The position numbers and the translations under genes are program-made. The notes under the pieces are model-generated. The model saw only the letters and a program-made list of their open reading frames with translations, was not told the origin of the DNA and did no database searches. Below are positions 1 to 11,901 of a stretch of 64,000 nucleotides of DNA, one piece after another (the stretch's first letter is position 1; each line of letters starts with the position of its first letter). Source of the stretch: Armatimonadota bacterium (GTDB taxonomy: Bacteria > Armatimonadota > SYMT01); the NCBI GenBank assembly GCA_046292385.1, contig JBKBRF010000004.1, forward strand, positions 111,654 through 175,653, in the 5' to 3' direction.

Positions 1-467
1 GTCCGGCGCCGCACTTCGAGAGTGCGCGCGTCGTAGTCGACGTACCACAGCTCTTCCAGGCCGGCGCGGTGGAACAGGGCCTCGCGGTCCTCGCGGGAGG
101 CCCGCAGGTTCGACGGTGAGAGCACCTCGACCGCGAGAGTCGCCTGCGTCACGCGCTCTCCGCGGTGGGTGGGCACCTGCTCCGGCCGGAGGTAGAGCAG
201 ATCCGGATCGAGGTAGTTGTGCGCGCCGTAGTAGATCCCGGTCTGCGCACTGAGGATCCGGCCCAACTTGCGGGCACGCACCCACGGACTGAGGAGATCG
301 GCCAGGTTCTGCGCCACGGCGCCGTGCGGCCAGGCGGGCATCGGAGCCATGTAGACCACTCCCTCCACGAGCTCATAGCGGTATCCCGCCGGAAGCCCAT
401 CCAACTCCTCAGCGCGCCAGACGTGATCGGATACCGTGGTGGTTCGCTGCAAGACCGCTTGCGCCAT
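1..467 (-). CDS. Uma2 family endonuclease (DUF820, putative restriction endonuclease-like); N-terminal part only, gene runs off the window start
   Basis: Reverse-complement translation from ATG at ~465-467 gives MAQAVLQRTTTVSDHVWRAEELDGLPAGYRYELVEGVVYMAPMPAWPHG...LAVEVLSPSNLRASREDREALFHRAGLEELWYVDYDARTLEV. The YRYELVEG and LAVEVLSPSN motifs are typical of Uma2/DUF820. A GGAGCGG Shine-Dalgarno sits upstream. This ORF is not in the supplied track because it has no stop inside the window. Confidence 0.6.
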   Translation of the reverse strand, partial: MAQAVLQRTTTVSDHVWRAEELDGLPAGYRYELVEGVVYMAPMPAWPHGAVAQNLADLLSPWVRARKLGRILSAQTGIYYGAHNYLDPDLLYLRPEQVPTHRGERVTQATLAVEVLSPSNLRASREDREALFHRAGLEELWYVDYDARTLEVRRR

Positions 468-477
468 GTCGCCGCTC

Positions 478-502
478 CTGGACCCTGGACCCTGGACCCT
501 AA
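478..502 (-). repeat. (TGGACCC)x3 heptamer repeat between the Uma2 gene start and the ispG stop. On the minus (mRNA) strand it reads TTAGGG-TCCAGGG-TCCAGGG-TCCAGG.
   Basis: Direct reading of ctggaccctggaccctggaccctaag. It is a member of the G-rich heptamer repeat family also seen at 35279, 39547 and 45003. Confidence 0.5.
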
Positions 503-1734
503 GCAGGATCTTCCCACTTTCCGTCGGCCTTGATCAGGGCGATCAGCTCCTCTACGCCGCGGTCGGCGGGGATCATGTTCTTCACCACCTCGCGGCCGCG
601 GTAGAGGGAGATCAGGTTCATGCCCTTGCCGACGTAGCCGTAGTCGGCGTCGGCCATCTCGCCCGGGCCGTTGACGATGCAGCCCATGACGGCGATGTTC
701 AGGCCCTTCAGGTGCCCGGTCGCCTGCCGCACTTCGTTGAGTACCGTGGGGAGGTCGAACTTGGTCCGGCCGCAGCTCGGGCAGGCGATGAACTCCGTCT
801 TGGTGCGCCGCAGCCCGAGGCCCTGGAGGATGTCGTAGCAGACGGTGATCTCGTTCACCGGGTCCTCGGAGAGTGAGACCCGAATGGTGTCGCCGATCCC
901 CTCGGAGAGGAGCGTGGCGATGCCCGCGGTCGACTTGATCCGCGCGTACATCCCGTCGCCCGCCTCGGTGACGCCGAGGTGGAGCGGATAGCTCATGCCG
1001 CGCTCTTCCATGCGGCGCACCATCAGCCGGTTCGCCTGGATCATCACCGGCACCCGCGAGGCCTTGAGCGATACGACGATATTCCGGAAGTCGTGCCGCT
1101 CGCAGATCTCGATGAACTCCAGGGCCGACTGAACCATGCCCTCCGGCGTGTCGCCGTACATCACCGTCAGGCGGTCCGAGAGGGAGCCGTGGTTGACTCC
1201 GATCCGCAGGGCGATGTCCCGCTCCTTCAGCCGCTGGATCAGCGGGACGAGCGACTCCTCGATGGCGGCACGGGCCTCGGCGATCTCCTCGTCGGTGTAC
1301 TCGAAACCGGCGCTGCGCTTGCGAAAGACGTAGAGGCCCGGGTTGATCCGGATCTTGTCGACGTAGTTCGCTACCTCCAGCGCGATCTGTTGGCCTTCGT
1401 GGTGCACGTCGGCGACCAGCGGCACGGAGACGCCGCGGCGCTCCAACTCGGCGCGGATGTCGCCGATCGCGTGTGCGTCCCGCAGGCTGGGCGCCGTGAC
1501 GCGCACTAGCTCGCAGCCCGCCTCGGCAAGCTGGATGATCTGCCGGACCGCGGCCTCCGTATTACGGGTGTCCTCGGTGATCATCGACTGCACCAGCGCC
1601 GGCGCCATCCCGCCGATGGTGTGCGGCCCCACCTTGACCGGACGGGTCCAGCGGCGGGGATACTCCATCTCGGGAAGGCTCGCGGCGCTCTCCGGCGCGC
1701 CGGTGGGAGTGTTCAGCGTGATCAGGTCTAGCAC
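499..1734 (-). CDS. ispG: 4-hydroxy-3-methylbut-2-en-1-yl diphosphate synthase (flavodoxin), long form, MEP pathway
   Basis: 411-aa ORF with IspG/GcpE hallmarks: [13 protein letters not shown] Cys cluster, TIM-barrel N domain, GVTEAGDG. The start codon is GTG. Confidence 0.9.
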   Translation of the reverse strand: MLDLITLNTPTGAPESAASLPEMEYPRRWTRPVKVGPHTIGGMAPALVQSMITEDTRNTEAAVRQIIQLAEAGCELVRVTAPSLRDAHAIGDIRAELERRGVSVPLVADVHHEGQQIALEVANYVDKIRINPGLYVFRKRSAGFEYTDEEIAEARAAIEESLVPLIQRLKERDIALRIGVNHGSLSDRLTVMYGDTPEGMVQSALEFIEICERHDFRNIVVSLKASRVPVMIQANRLMVRRMEERGMSYPLHLGVTEAGDGMYARIKSTAGIATLLSEGIGDTIRVSLSEDPVNEITVCYDILQGLGLRRTKTEFIACPSCGRTKFDLPTVLNEVRQATGHLKGLNIAVMGCIVNGPGEMADADYGYVGKGMNLISLYRGREVVKNMIPADRGVEELIALIKADGKWEDPA

Positions 1735-1822
1735 GTTCTCATCCTCTCGAGACGGGGTGGGGCAGGGGCGGTGGAGCGCCGCGGAGCGGGCAAAACAACC
1801 AGTAGATTATAGCCGGAAACGC

Positions 1823-1862
1823 GCAGCGCCTCCCGCGCCGGGTGGGCGGCGGGAGGCGCTGC
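1823..1862 (-). terminator. Intrinsic-terminator-like hairpin downstream of the LVIVD-repeat gene
   Basis: Perfect 14-bp inverted repeat gcagcgcctcccgc / gcgggaggcgctgc with a ~12-nt loop. A moderately U-rich stretch follows on the minus strand. Confidence 0.45.
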
Positions 1863-1903
1863 GCTGCTCATGAGGCTCGCCCCGGGGGGTGGGGCGGGGG
1901 CCG

Positions 1904-3208
1904 TCAGGGGTCGAGCCGGAGGATGTAGAGTCCGCGGTTGATATCGCTGCCGAGGATGAGCCCATCTTCGGTGACGAAGACGCCCCAGAAGAGCGCGTTC
2001 TTCGGCTTGAAGGCGGCGAGAGCGCGGGGATGCTCCCGGTCCGCCAGGTCGAGCACGCGGATTCCGTCGCTGAACCAGGACATGTAAACGAGGTTGTCCT
2101 TCAGGACGGTGTTGTGGATGGAGTAGAGGCCGGGGCCGCGCTTGTTCCGGGAGTTCTTGGTGGCGTACTCGCTCAGCTTGCGCGGGTTGTCGACGTCGGA
2201 GATGTCCCACACCCGCAGGAAGCCCCAGGGGAACTTACCTTTCAGCGGGCTCAGGTTCTCGTCGGTAACGAGCATCAGGCTGTCGTCCGGCGAGAGATTG
2301 GTGGAGTGGGTGTTCCCTTCCGGGCCCGAGGGACGCAGGATATGGTGCTTCATGCGCGGGCGCGCGGGGTCGGTGAGGTCGAGGAAGACGGTGCCGGCGT
2401 CCCAGAACGAGATCACCGCCGTGTTGCCGGCTTCGTTTACGGTAGCGCTGTGCCCCCAGGGGAAGTGCCTGGAGCTGTCCTTGAACTTGCCGTCCTTGAA
2501 CGCGCCCCAGTCCGCAATCTGGACCGGCTCTCGCGGGTTGGTCACCTCCACGATGCGGAAGTCGCCGTAGCTGCCCGCCTCTTCCGACTCCGGGGTCATC
2601 GCGCCGACGAACGCCCGGTCCCCCTGGCTGAAGAGGTAGAGCTCGTGGACGCCGCGGGCCTGATCGCTGCGCCGGACATCGCTGCGCCAGAACGCCAGGT
2701 GGCGAGGCTGGAACGGATCGGTCACGTCCCAGATCTCCATCCCGCGCTCGCCTGCCGTGCCATACGGGCACTGGATGCCGACTACCAGCAGGTCGCCGGT
2801 GAAGTAGGGCGTCTCGATGCGCCGGACCTCCAGGTCTTCGGCGGAAGTGCCGGGGATGCGGGCGACGCGGCCAATGGTCTTTGCCCTGGAGGGGTTGCGG
2901 ATGTCGACGATCGCCACGCCCTGCGAGCTGGAGCCGACGTAGGCGAAGCCGTTGTGCGCCCACACGTCCGCCGTGTATCCGACCATGCTCACGTGACCGA
3001 GCTCGGCGATGCGCAGCTTCTCGCGCTGGGCCCGCTTCTTCGGAAGGCGCCTCACCTTCTTCGCGAGCTGCTTGGGCGGCATGCAGCAGGGGCATTTCTC
3101 CCGCTCGCCATCCGTGGAGTGGGCGCTTCCCGGGCCCGGCGCCACCAGCGCCGAGAGCGAGACCAGCGCCGCGGCTACGACGATTGCGCGCTGAAGTCGA
3201 GTCTTCAC
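1904..3208 (-). CDS. Secreted LVIVD-repeat beta-propeller protein
   Basis: N-terminal signal peptide (MKTRLQRAIVVAAALVSLSALVA). Repeated LVIVD-like motifs followed by NP/DP: GVAIVDIRNPS, MEIWDVTDPFQP, FRIVEVTNPREP, LRVWDISDVDNPRK, IRVLDLADREHPRA. Confidence 0.5.
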   Translation of the reverse strand: MKTRLQRAIVVAAALVSLSALVAPGPGSAHSTDGEREKCPCCMPPKQLAKKVRRLPKKRAQREKLRIAELGHVSMVGYTADVWAHNGFAYVGSSSQGVAIVDIRNPSRAKTIGRVARIPGTSAEDLEVRRIETPYFTGDLLVVGIQCPYGTAGERGMEIWDVTDPFQPRHLAFWRSDVRRSDQARGVHELYLFSQGDRAFVGAMTPESEEAGSYGDFRIVEVTNPREPVQIADWGAFKDGKFKDSSRHFPWGHSATVNEAGNTAVISFWDAGTVFLDLTDPARPRMKHHILRPSGPEGNTHSTNLSPDDSLMLVTDENLSPLKGKFPWGFLRVWDISDVDNPRKLSEYATKNSRNKRGPGLYSIHNTVLKDNLVYMSWFSDGIRVLDLADREHPRALAAFKPKNALFWGVFVTEDGLILGSDINRGLYILRLDP

Positions 3209-3371
3209 ACCTGCTCCTTCGGCCGGTCCGAGGGGTAGCGCCCGCTCGATCTCCCCGGGAGGGGCAGAAGGGGGAGCGCCAGGACCGGCTCACCCCCTAT
3301 CATTGGCATACCAGACGGACTTCTCTAGCGGAGAGGCCGGTAATCGGTCTCCGCGCGTCTGCGGCAGAAAA

Positions 3372-3405
3372 GCAGAGAGGCAGCCCGGCTAGGGGCTGCC
3401 TCTGC
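3372..3405 (-). terminator. Rho-independent terminator of the atp operon (downstream of atpC)
   Basis: Minus-strand hairpin gcagaggcagcccc-tagcc-gggctgcctctctgc followed by a UUUUCUG tract (plus-strand ggcagaaaag at 3364-3373). Confidence 0.6.
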
Positions 3406-3528
3406 GGGGGTTGGGGAGAGGACGTCTGAAGGATGAAGGATGAGCGATGAGGGATGAATCCGAACCTGCTGGGACGGACACTCCTACTCTTACTCGAAAG
3501 CGCTCCGGGGAGGCTGCTGCCCTGGGGA

Positions 3529-3945
3529 CTATCCGGTTGCGACGCGGATGCGGTTCTGGGCGCGGGCGAGGGTCTGCTCCGCTTGCTCGCGCGCTTCGTC
3601 GTCATACGAGGCGGTTGCCTCGCGGATCTCCTGGCGGGCGCGTTCGATGGCGCGGCGGGCTCGCTCCAGGTCGATCTCCTCCGCGCGCTCGGCGGTGTCG
3701 GCCAGCACCGTCACCTGGTTGTTGAACACCTGGAGGAAGCCGCCGCCAATCGCCAGCCGTGCCTCGTGACCGCCGTCGCGGCGGAAGCGGAGCTCGCCCG
3801 GCTCCAGCTCCGAGAGGAACGGCGCGTGGTTCGGGAGGATCCCGAACGAGCCGTTGATGCCCGGGGCGACCAGCGAGGTCGCCTCCTCGCTCAGGACCAC
3901 GCGGTCCGGCGTGACGATATCGACGGTGAACGTTCTAGCGGCCAT
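3529..3945 (-). CDS. atpC: F1 ATP synthase epsilon subunit
   Basis: 138 aa. N-terminal beta-sandwich sequence (FTVDIVTPDRVVLSEEATSLVAPGINGSFGILPNHAP) and C-terminal helical hairpin. It is the last gene of the atp operon. Confidence 0.9.
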   Translation of the reverse strand: MAARTFTVDIVTPDRVVLSEEATSLVAPGINGSFGILPNHAPFLSELEPGELRFRRDGGHEARLAIGGGFLQVFNNQVTVLADTAERAEEIDLERARRAIERARQEIREATASYDDEAREQAEQTLARAQNRIRVATG

Positions 3946-4052
3946 TTGTCTTCGTTACGTTTCCAGGATCAGAGGAACGGCTTCTCATTCGGCTGGGAGA
4001 GGAGAGAGGAACGGCCGCGGCCGCTGCCCCTCTCCCTCCGTATCCGGAATGG

Positions 4053-5495
<1,443 letters not shown>

Positions 5496-5513
5496 TCAAG
5501 TAATTGACTTCTG

Positions 5514-6392
5514 TTACTTCTGTGCTTCCGCGCCGGAGACGATCTCGGCGATCTCGGTGGTAATCGCCGCCTGGCGGGCACGGTTCAGGGAGAGCGTCAG
5601 GGTGCTGATCATCTGCCCGGCGTTCTCCGTCGCCGCGGACATGCTGGTCATCCGGGCGCCGTGCTCGCTGGCGATCGCCTCCGCCACGGTCCGGAAGACC
5701 TGTGTATCCACGTAGCGCGGGAGCAGCCGGTTCAGCAGCACCTCGGCGGAGGGCTCGAAGATCACGTCGCCGCCGGCCGCCAGCACCGCCTCCACGTGCG
5801 CCTCCGCTTCTTCCGGAGGCGTCAGCGGCAGCAGCGGAAGGACCGTCGGCACCTGGGTCATGGCGCTCTGGAAGCGCTGGTAGACGACGTAGACCGAGTC
5901 GACTTCCCGGCTCTCGAACATCCGGCGCATCGTGCGCACCAGAGGCTGCACGTCCGCGAAGGAGAGGTCCGCGCCGGAGCCGAGCGGCTGGGCCTCGATC
6001 ACCGGATAGGGCTGCCGGCGGAAGAACTGCTGGGCCTTGCGCCCCAGAAGCAGCATCTTCACCGTGTCGGGGTCGCGCGGACGCAGGAGCTGCATCGCGG
6101 CGCGGAACAGGTTGGTGTTGTAGCTGCCGCAGAGACCGCGGTCGGAGGAGATCACCAGCACCGCGGTGTTCTGCTCTTCCCGTACCTCCAGCAGCGGATG
6201 CTCCAGCGCGGCGCCCGCCGCGGAGAGACGGCGCATCATCTGCTCCATCCGCTCCGCGTACGGCCGCGCGGCCTCAACCCGCCCCTGGGCGCGCTTGAGC
6301 CGGGCAGCCGCCACCAGCTTCATCGCGCGGGTGATCTTCTCGATGTTGCGAACAGTCCGGATCCGCGTCCGGAGCTCACGCATGCTCGCCAT
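5514..6392 (-). CDS. atpG: F1 ATP synthase gamma subunit
   Basis: 292 aa. Starts MASMRELRTRIRTVRNIEKITRAMKLVAAARLKRAQ, a typical gamma-subunit N terminus. Confidence 0.9.
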   Translation of the reverse strand: MASMRELRTRIRTVRNIEKITRAMKLVAAARLKRAQGRVEAARPYAERMEQMMRRLSAAGAALEHPLLEVREEQNTAVLVISSDRGLCGSYNTNLFRAAMQLLRPRDPDTVKMLLLGRKAQQFFRRQPYPVIEAQPLGSGADLSFADVQPLVRTMRRMFESREVDSVYVVYQRFQSAMTQVPTVLPLLPLTPPEEAEAHVEAVLAAGGDVIFEPSAEVLLNRLLPRYVDTQVFRTVAEAIASEHGARMTSMSAATENAGQMISTLTLSLNRARQAAITTEIAEIVSGAEAQK

Positions 6393-6435
6393 AGTGTTTC
6401 CCTAGCCCCCGGGGCTCGTACCGACCGGCGCGCCC

Positions 6436-7953
<1,518 letters not shown>

Positions 7954-8114
7954 TTCTATGTCTCCGGTCAGTTCGTTTCAATCAGCACCGGCAAGTGCCG
8001 GAGGCGCAAGCCGGGAGCCAGAGCGGGCCCGGTCCAGATCACCGCTGCCGGGGAGCGCGAGCCCCGGCCGGTAAATACGCGGCGCCAGCGTGCGGCGCCC
8101 AGACAGACTTAACG

Positions 8115-8663
8115 TCAGGCGCCGCGGCCCGACAAGAGCCGCTGGTGCAGACGGCGCAGGCGGCTGCGGACGCTGCCGTCGATGATCGTGTCGCCCATCC
8201 GGATCCACATCCCGCCCATGATCTTCGGCTCGATCTGAACCTGCAGGCGGATGCTCTTCCCGGTGCGACGTCCAAGCGCCCCGGCGAGCGCCTCGCGCTC
8301 TTCGTCGGTGAGCGGCACCGCGGCGGTCACTTCGACCGGCAGCACGTTCCGCCACTCGTTGGCGAGTCGAACGAACTCCGGGAAGATGTGGCCCACGAGA
8401 CCCTCCCGCCGCCGGTCCAGCAGCAGGTTGAGGAACCGGAGGGTGAGCGGACTCACCCGAGGGCCGAACGCCGTCTCCAGCAGCGCCTTCTTCCGCGCCG
8501 TCGAGAGGGTGGGGGCGCCGAGCGCCCGCGTGAGCCGCGGGACGGCGCGCAGGACCTGGTCTACCGCCTTCAGGTCTTCCTCTACCTGATCAACGGTGCC
8601 TTCCCGGCGCGCGGTATCGAACAGCGCGCGGGCGTATCGACGGACGGCGGCGAGCTCTGCCAT
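8115..8663 (-). CDS. atpH: F1 ATP synthase delta (OSCP) subunit
   Basis: 182 aa. OSCP-like N terminus (RYARALFDTARREG). Position between atpF and atpA supports the call. Confidence 0.85.
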   Translation of the reverse strand: MAELAAVRRYARALFDTARREGTVDQVEEDLKAVDQVLRAVPRLTRALGAPTLSTARKKALLETAFGPRVSPLTLRFLNLLLDRRREGLVGHIFPEFVRLANEWRNVLPVEVTAAVPLTDEEREALAGALGRRTGKSIRLQVQIEPKIMGGMWIRMGDTIIDGSVRSRLRRLHQRLLSGRGA

Positions 8664-8719
8664 GGGGAAAACTTAATGTGTCAGCGTGTCCGCGGTGAGC
8701 GGACCGGCCGCGCGCGGGA

Positions 8720-9208
8720 TCAAGCCCGCGCGCCGACCTCGTTGATGAAATCGCCGATCAGCTCACGATGCACGGCGGGGTTGATCTCCCGCTCCAGCAC
8801 CTTGGATGCCGCCAGCACCGCGAGGTCCGCCATTTCGGAGCGGATCTCCACGATCGCCTTCTTGCGCTCCTGCTCGATGTCGGCCAGGGCGCGGTCGCGC
8901 TGAACGGCTGCCTCTTCCTTCGCCTTACCCACGATCGCCGCGGCCTCTTCCTGGGCCTGGCGCACCGCTCCAGCGATATGCTCCCGCGCTTCCGCCTCGA
9001 TGTTGGCGAGCCGCTGCTCGTAGTCGGCGCGGGTCTGCTCCATCGCGCGGCGGTCCGCCGCGACCTGGTCCAGAGTGCTCTCGATCTCTCGCTGGCGGGT
9101 CTCGATCACCGACCCGATCGGGCCAAAGGCGAACTTGCCGAGGATGAGAACGAGAAGGATGAAAGCGATTGCCTGGGTGAGGACGGCAATCGGATTGATG
9201 TCGAGCAT
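8720..9208 (-). CDS. atpF: Fo ATP synthase b subunit
   Basis: 162 aa. Single N-terminal transmembrane helix followed by a long charged coiled-coil (EIESTLDQVAADRRAMEQTRADYEQRLANIEAEAREH...). Confidence 0.85.
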   Translation of the reverse strand: MLDINPIAVLTQAIAFILLVLILGKFAFGPIGSVIETRQREIESTLDQVAADRRAMEQTRADYEQRLANIEAEAREHIAGAVRQAQEEAAAIVGKAKEEAAVQRDRALADIEQERKKAIVEIRSEMADLAVLAASKVLEREINPAVHRELIGDFINEVGARA

Positions 9209-9276
9209 GGCGCCCTATCTCCGGGGTGGCCGGGGGAGGCGAGAGCCGCCTCCCCCGTTGCGATTAACGCGCCGAC

Positions 9277-9555
9277 TTACTGGCCCGGCTGGATCAGCGG
9301 CAGGATCTGGTCCGGGCGGGGCAGGCCGATCACGAAGAGGATGATGAGCGCCACGAGCAGCGCGTAGATCGCCAGCGACTCGATGAGCGCCAGGGCGATA
9401 ATCATCACCATCTGGATGCGGCCGGCCGCTTCCGGCTGGCGGGCAATCCCTTCGAGGGCGGCGGCGCCGACGCGGCCCTGGGCCAGCGCGGACGAGATCA
9501 CCGCGATCGGAACGCACAGGCCGGCGGCCAGCGCAAGCATAGCAAGGTAAAGCAT
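9277..9555 (-). CDS. atpE: Fo ATP synthase c subunit (proteolipid)
   Basis: Two transmembrane helices with the conserved carboxylate in helix 2 ([16 protein letters not shown]). The ORF carries an unusual ~17-aa C-terminal tail ([16 protein letters not shown]) beyond helix 2. Confidence 0.85.
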   Translation of the reverse strand: MLYLAMLALAAGLCVPIAVISSALAQGRVGAAALEGIARQPEAAGRIQMVMIIALALIESLAIYALLVALIILFVIGLPRPDQILPLIQPGQ

Positions 9556-9601
9556 CGTTCGTTCTCCTCGTTTAGAGTAAGGTCACAAAAGGACGCCGAG
9601 A

Positions 9602-11071
9602 TCAGACCGCGGGCGCCGGCGCGGCGTGGTCGGACACATGTCCATGGTCGTCGCCATGGTGCGCGTGCTCGCCGTGATGCTCGTCGTGGTCTCCGTGCGC
9701 CGTCATCAGCGCGATGTAGACGGAGGCCAGGATGCTGAACACCAGGGCCTGCACGGTGCAGGTAAAGAGTGCCAGGAAGTACATCGGGAGCTGGAACGGG
9801 ACCAGTCCCTGCGTGAAGTGGGCCGCGAGATACATCAGGATCACGAGGACCACGTCTTCGCCGAAGATGTTTCCGAAGAGACGGATCGTGAGGGACAGGA
9901 TCTTCGCCAGCTCTCCCACGATATGGATCGGCACGTTGAGCGGCCCCAGCCACCAGGGATCGCCGACGAAGTGCATGAAGTAGCCCTTCACGCCGTTCAC
10001 CCGGATCCCTTCGATGTGGCTGTAGACCACCACCACCACCGCCAGTCCGGCGGTGACATTGATGTTGGAGGTCGGACTCATCCAGCCGGGGATCAGCCCC
10101 GCCAGGTTCATCACCCAGATGTAGATGAACCCGGTTCCGATCAGCGGCACGTACTTCTTGTAGTTCTCGCCGATCAGGCCGTGAACGAAGCCGTCAAACC
10201 CGCTGTAGATCATCTCCAGGACCGTCTGCTTGCGATCCGGGATCCGGCGCAGGTTCCGCGTGAGCAGCACCGCCACCAGGAAGATCGTAAGCGCCGTCAG
10301 GAGCGAGATCACCAGCCCTTCCGGGAACATGCTCTCGAAGGCGAAGCTGACGGTGGGGTTGAGGAGCACCACCGGCCGGCCGTCGATCGTCAGCTCCTCC
10401 GTGGTAACGCCCACCGCGGAGGTCCGGTTCCCGACTTCGCCGATGGTGGGGTTCACCGCCACGCGCGGGGCCGGCTTGATATTGACGTGGTGCGGGCTGT
10501 ACGTGTAGGGGACCGTCTTCCCTTTGAGCTCCGTCGCCGGGATCGGCTGACCGGTTGCGGCGTCGAGGGCGCCGTCCGCCTTCAGCGTTGCCGGACCGCT
10601 CCACCAGAACCACTGCAGCACGCGGTAGAGCCAGGTCGGGTTGTGGATGCTGACCTGCTTGTCGTGCTCCTCCCCATGCTCGCCGCCGTGCGCGTCCCCG
10701 TGCTCGCCGCCACCGGCTTCACCGTGGCCGTCGGTCGCGGTACCGTGGCCCGGCTCGCTGGGGGTCTGCTCGCCGACCGCATGCTCGCCGCCCTGGGGGC
10801 CGTGCGAGCCGCCGGGGCCCGGTTCCTGCGCGCCGAGGTGCGTCTCCTCCGCGCGGGAGGCCTCCGGCGTGCGCTGGTTCGGGAGCGCGGTGCTGCCGTG
10901 CGCGTCGTTGGCCGGCGGAGGGGGCGGGGGCGCCGACTCGTGCTGCGCGCCGACCGGCAGGAGCGTCCAGGCGCACAGGGCCAGCGCGGAGGCGGTCAAC
11001 AGGATCCGTCGCGCAGGTTTAACTGCCCGCTTTCCGGTTCTATATTGGTTCTGGTTTCCGAAGAGCTTCAT
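9602..11071 (-). CDS. atpB: Fo ATP synthase a subunit with a ~240-aa N-terminal extension and His-rich segments
   Basis: The C-terminal ~250 aa is a canonical a-subunit (LSLTIRLFGNIFGEDVV, five transmembrane helices). The N-terminal part has a signal/anchor-like segment (ILLTASALALCAWTLLPVGAQ), a poly-Pro stretch, and an acidic His/Gly/Glu-rich low-complexity region (GHGTATDGHGEAGGGEHGDAHGGEHGEEHD). The C-terminal tail is HGDHDEHHGEHAHHGDDHGHVSDH. I set the start at the internal MKLFGN Met (11071), because the longer ORF (to 11167) overlaps atpI. Confidence 0.75.
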   Translation of the reverse strand: MKLFGNQNQYRTGKRAVKPARRILLTASALALCAWTLLPVGAQHESAPPPPPPANDAHGSTALPNQRTPEASRAEETHLGAQEPGPGGSHGPQGGEHAVGEQTPSEPGHGTATDGHGEAGGGEHGDAHGGEHGEEHDKQVSIHNPTWLYRVLQWFWWSGPATLKADGALDAATGQPIPATELKGKTVPYTYSPHHVNIKPAPRVAVNPTIGEVGNRTSAVGVTTEELTIDGRPVVLLNPTVSFAFESMFPEGLVISLLTALTIFLVAVLLTRNLRRIPDRKQTVLEMIYSGFDGFVHGLIGENYKKYVPLIGTGFIYIWVMNLAGLIPGWMSPTSNINVTAGLAVVVVVYSHIEGIRVNGVKGYFMHFVGDPWWLGPLNVPIHIVGELAKILSLTIRLFGNIFGEDVVLVILMYLAAHFTQGLVPFQLPMYFLALFTCTVQALVFSILASVYIALMTAHGDHDEHHGEHAHHGDDHGHVSDHAAPAPAV

Positions 11072-11117
11072 CGGTTGGTTGCCGGTCTTCCAGGGGGCTC
11101 GTACCCCGCCAGTTATA

Positions 11118-11567
11118 TCACCGGTAGCGCTCGCTGATCCTGTCCTGATGGGCCATGGCGGTGGCAATCACCATCACCAGCATGGTGCCGTGGACCACCA
11201 GCGTTCCGACCACCAGCGCAAAGATGTTCAGGAGGCCACGATCCGCGCTCCAGGCGACCAGCCCCAGCGCTGCGAGGATGAACGGCAGCTTCAACATCCC
11301 GGCCAGCGCCAGCTTCAAGCCGGCACCGCGGCCGCCGTTGAACAACAGCTTTACCGTTGCCTCGCACGTCCAGAGGCTGAACAGCCCGATCGCGGCGCCG
11401 GCGAGCAGTCCCACGGCCACGGTCTTCTGCTCGAAGCCGAGGAACATGAGGGCCGCTACCACGCTGATCTGTGTCGCTCTCCAGTACACCTTGCCTACGA
11501 ACCTCCGATCGAGACCCTGCTTCCAGAAGTCCCAATCTTGCGTATCCTGCGGAATGCCCGCCTCCAT
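11118..11567 (-). CDS. atpI: ATP synthase protein I
   Basis: 149-aa hydrophobic four-helix protein, immediately upstream of atpB and in the conserved operon position. Confidence 0.7.
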   Translation of the reverse strand: MEAGIPQDTQDWDFWKQGLDRRFVGKVYWRATQISVVAALMFLGFEQKTVAVGLLAGAAIGLFSLWTCEATVKLLFNGGRGAGLKLALAGMLKLPFILAALGLVAWSADRGLLNIFALVVGTLVVHGTMLVMVIATAMAHQDRISERYR

Positions 11568-11613
11568 CGCTGCTTACTTCTCCACTTGATTCGTCCCCAA
11601 GCGGCCCCCGCGA

Positions 11614-11901
11614 CTACTCGTCGGGCTCTTCCCCCCGGGATTCTGCTTCAATTCGTTCCTGTTCTCGCGTCGCGCGGATCACGCTTTGAATGAGCTGCTT
11701 GAAGCCCGCAATGATCCCGAGTAGCGTGCCGACGATGACCAGGAATCTGGTGCCCAGCTTCTGATCCAGCCACCAGCCGCCAAAGACTCCGATCGCGATC
11801 GAGATGGCCAGCGTCAGTCCGACGGTCGCCACCTGCGCGGCAAGCCGTACGGAGCGGAGGTCGGTGCGGGGTCCGTGCGGATCCCGCGGCCGCTGGCTCA
11901 T
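11614..11901 (-). CDS. AtpZ/AtpI-family small membrane protein (ATPase_gene1-like), first gene of the atp operon
   Basis: 95 aa with two transmembrane helices (LAAQVATVGLTLAISIAIGVFGGWWL; FLVIVGTLLGIIAGF) upstream of atpI. Its ATG overlaps the aspartate kinase stop (ATGA). Confidence 0.55.
   Translation of the reverse strand: MSQRPRDPHGPRTDLRSVRLAAQVATVGLTLAISIAIGVFGGWWLDQKLGTRFLVIVGTLLGIIAGFKQLIQSVIRATREQERIEAESRGEEPDE

Noticed and set aside
2235-3293. Multiple long Arg/Pro/Gly-rich ORFs (for example 2235-3293, 27291-28712, 8806-9147, 55836-56438, 44467-44862) overlapping well-supported genes
   Set aside because: These are typical high-GC alternative-frame artefacts. They have no motifs, extreme Arg/Pro/Gly content, and overlap genes with clear family signatures.
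9602-11167. Using the full 521-aa track ORF as atpB
   Set aside because: The first 32 codons overlap atpI by 49 nt. An internal Met (MKLFGN, 11071) gives a non-overlapping start, and the extension remains unusual either way.
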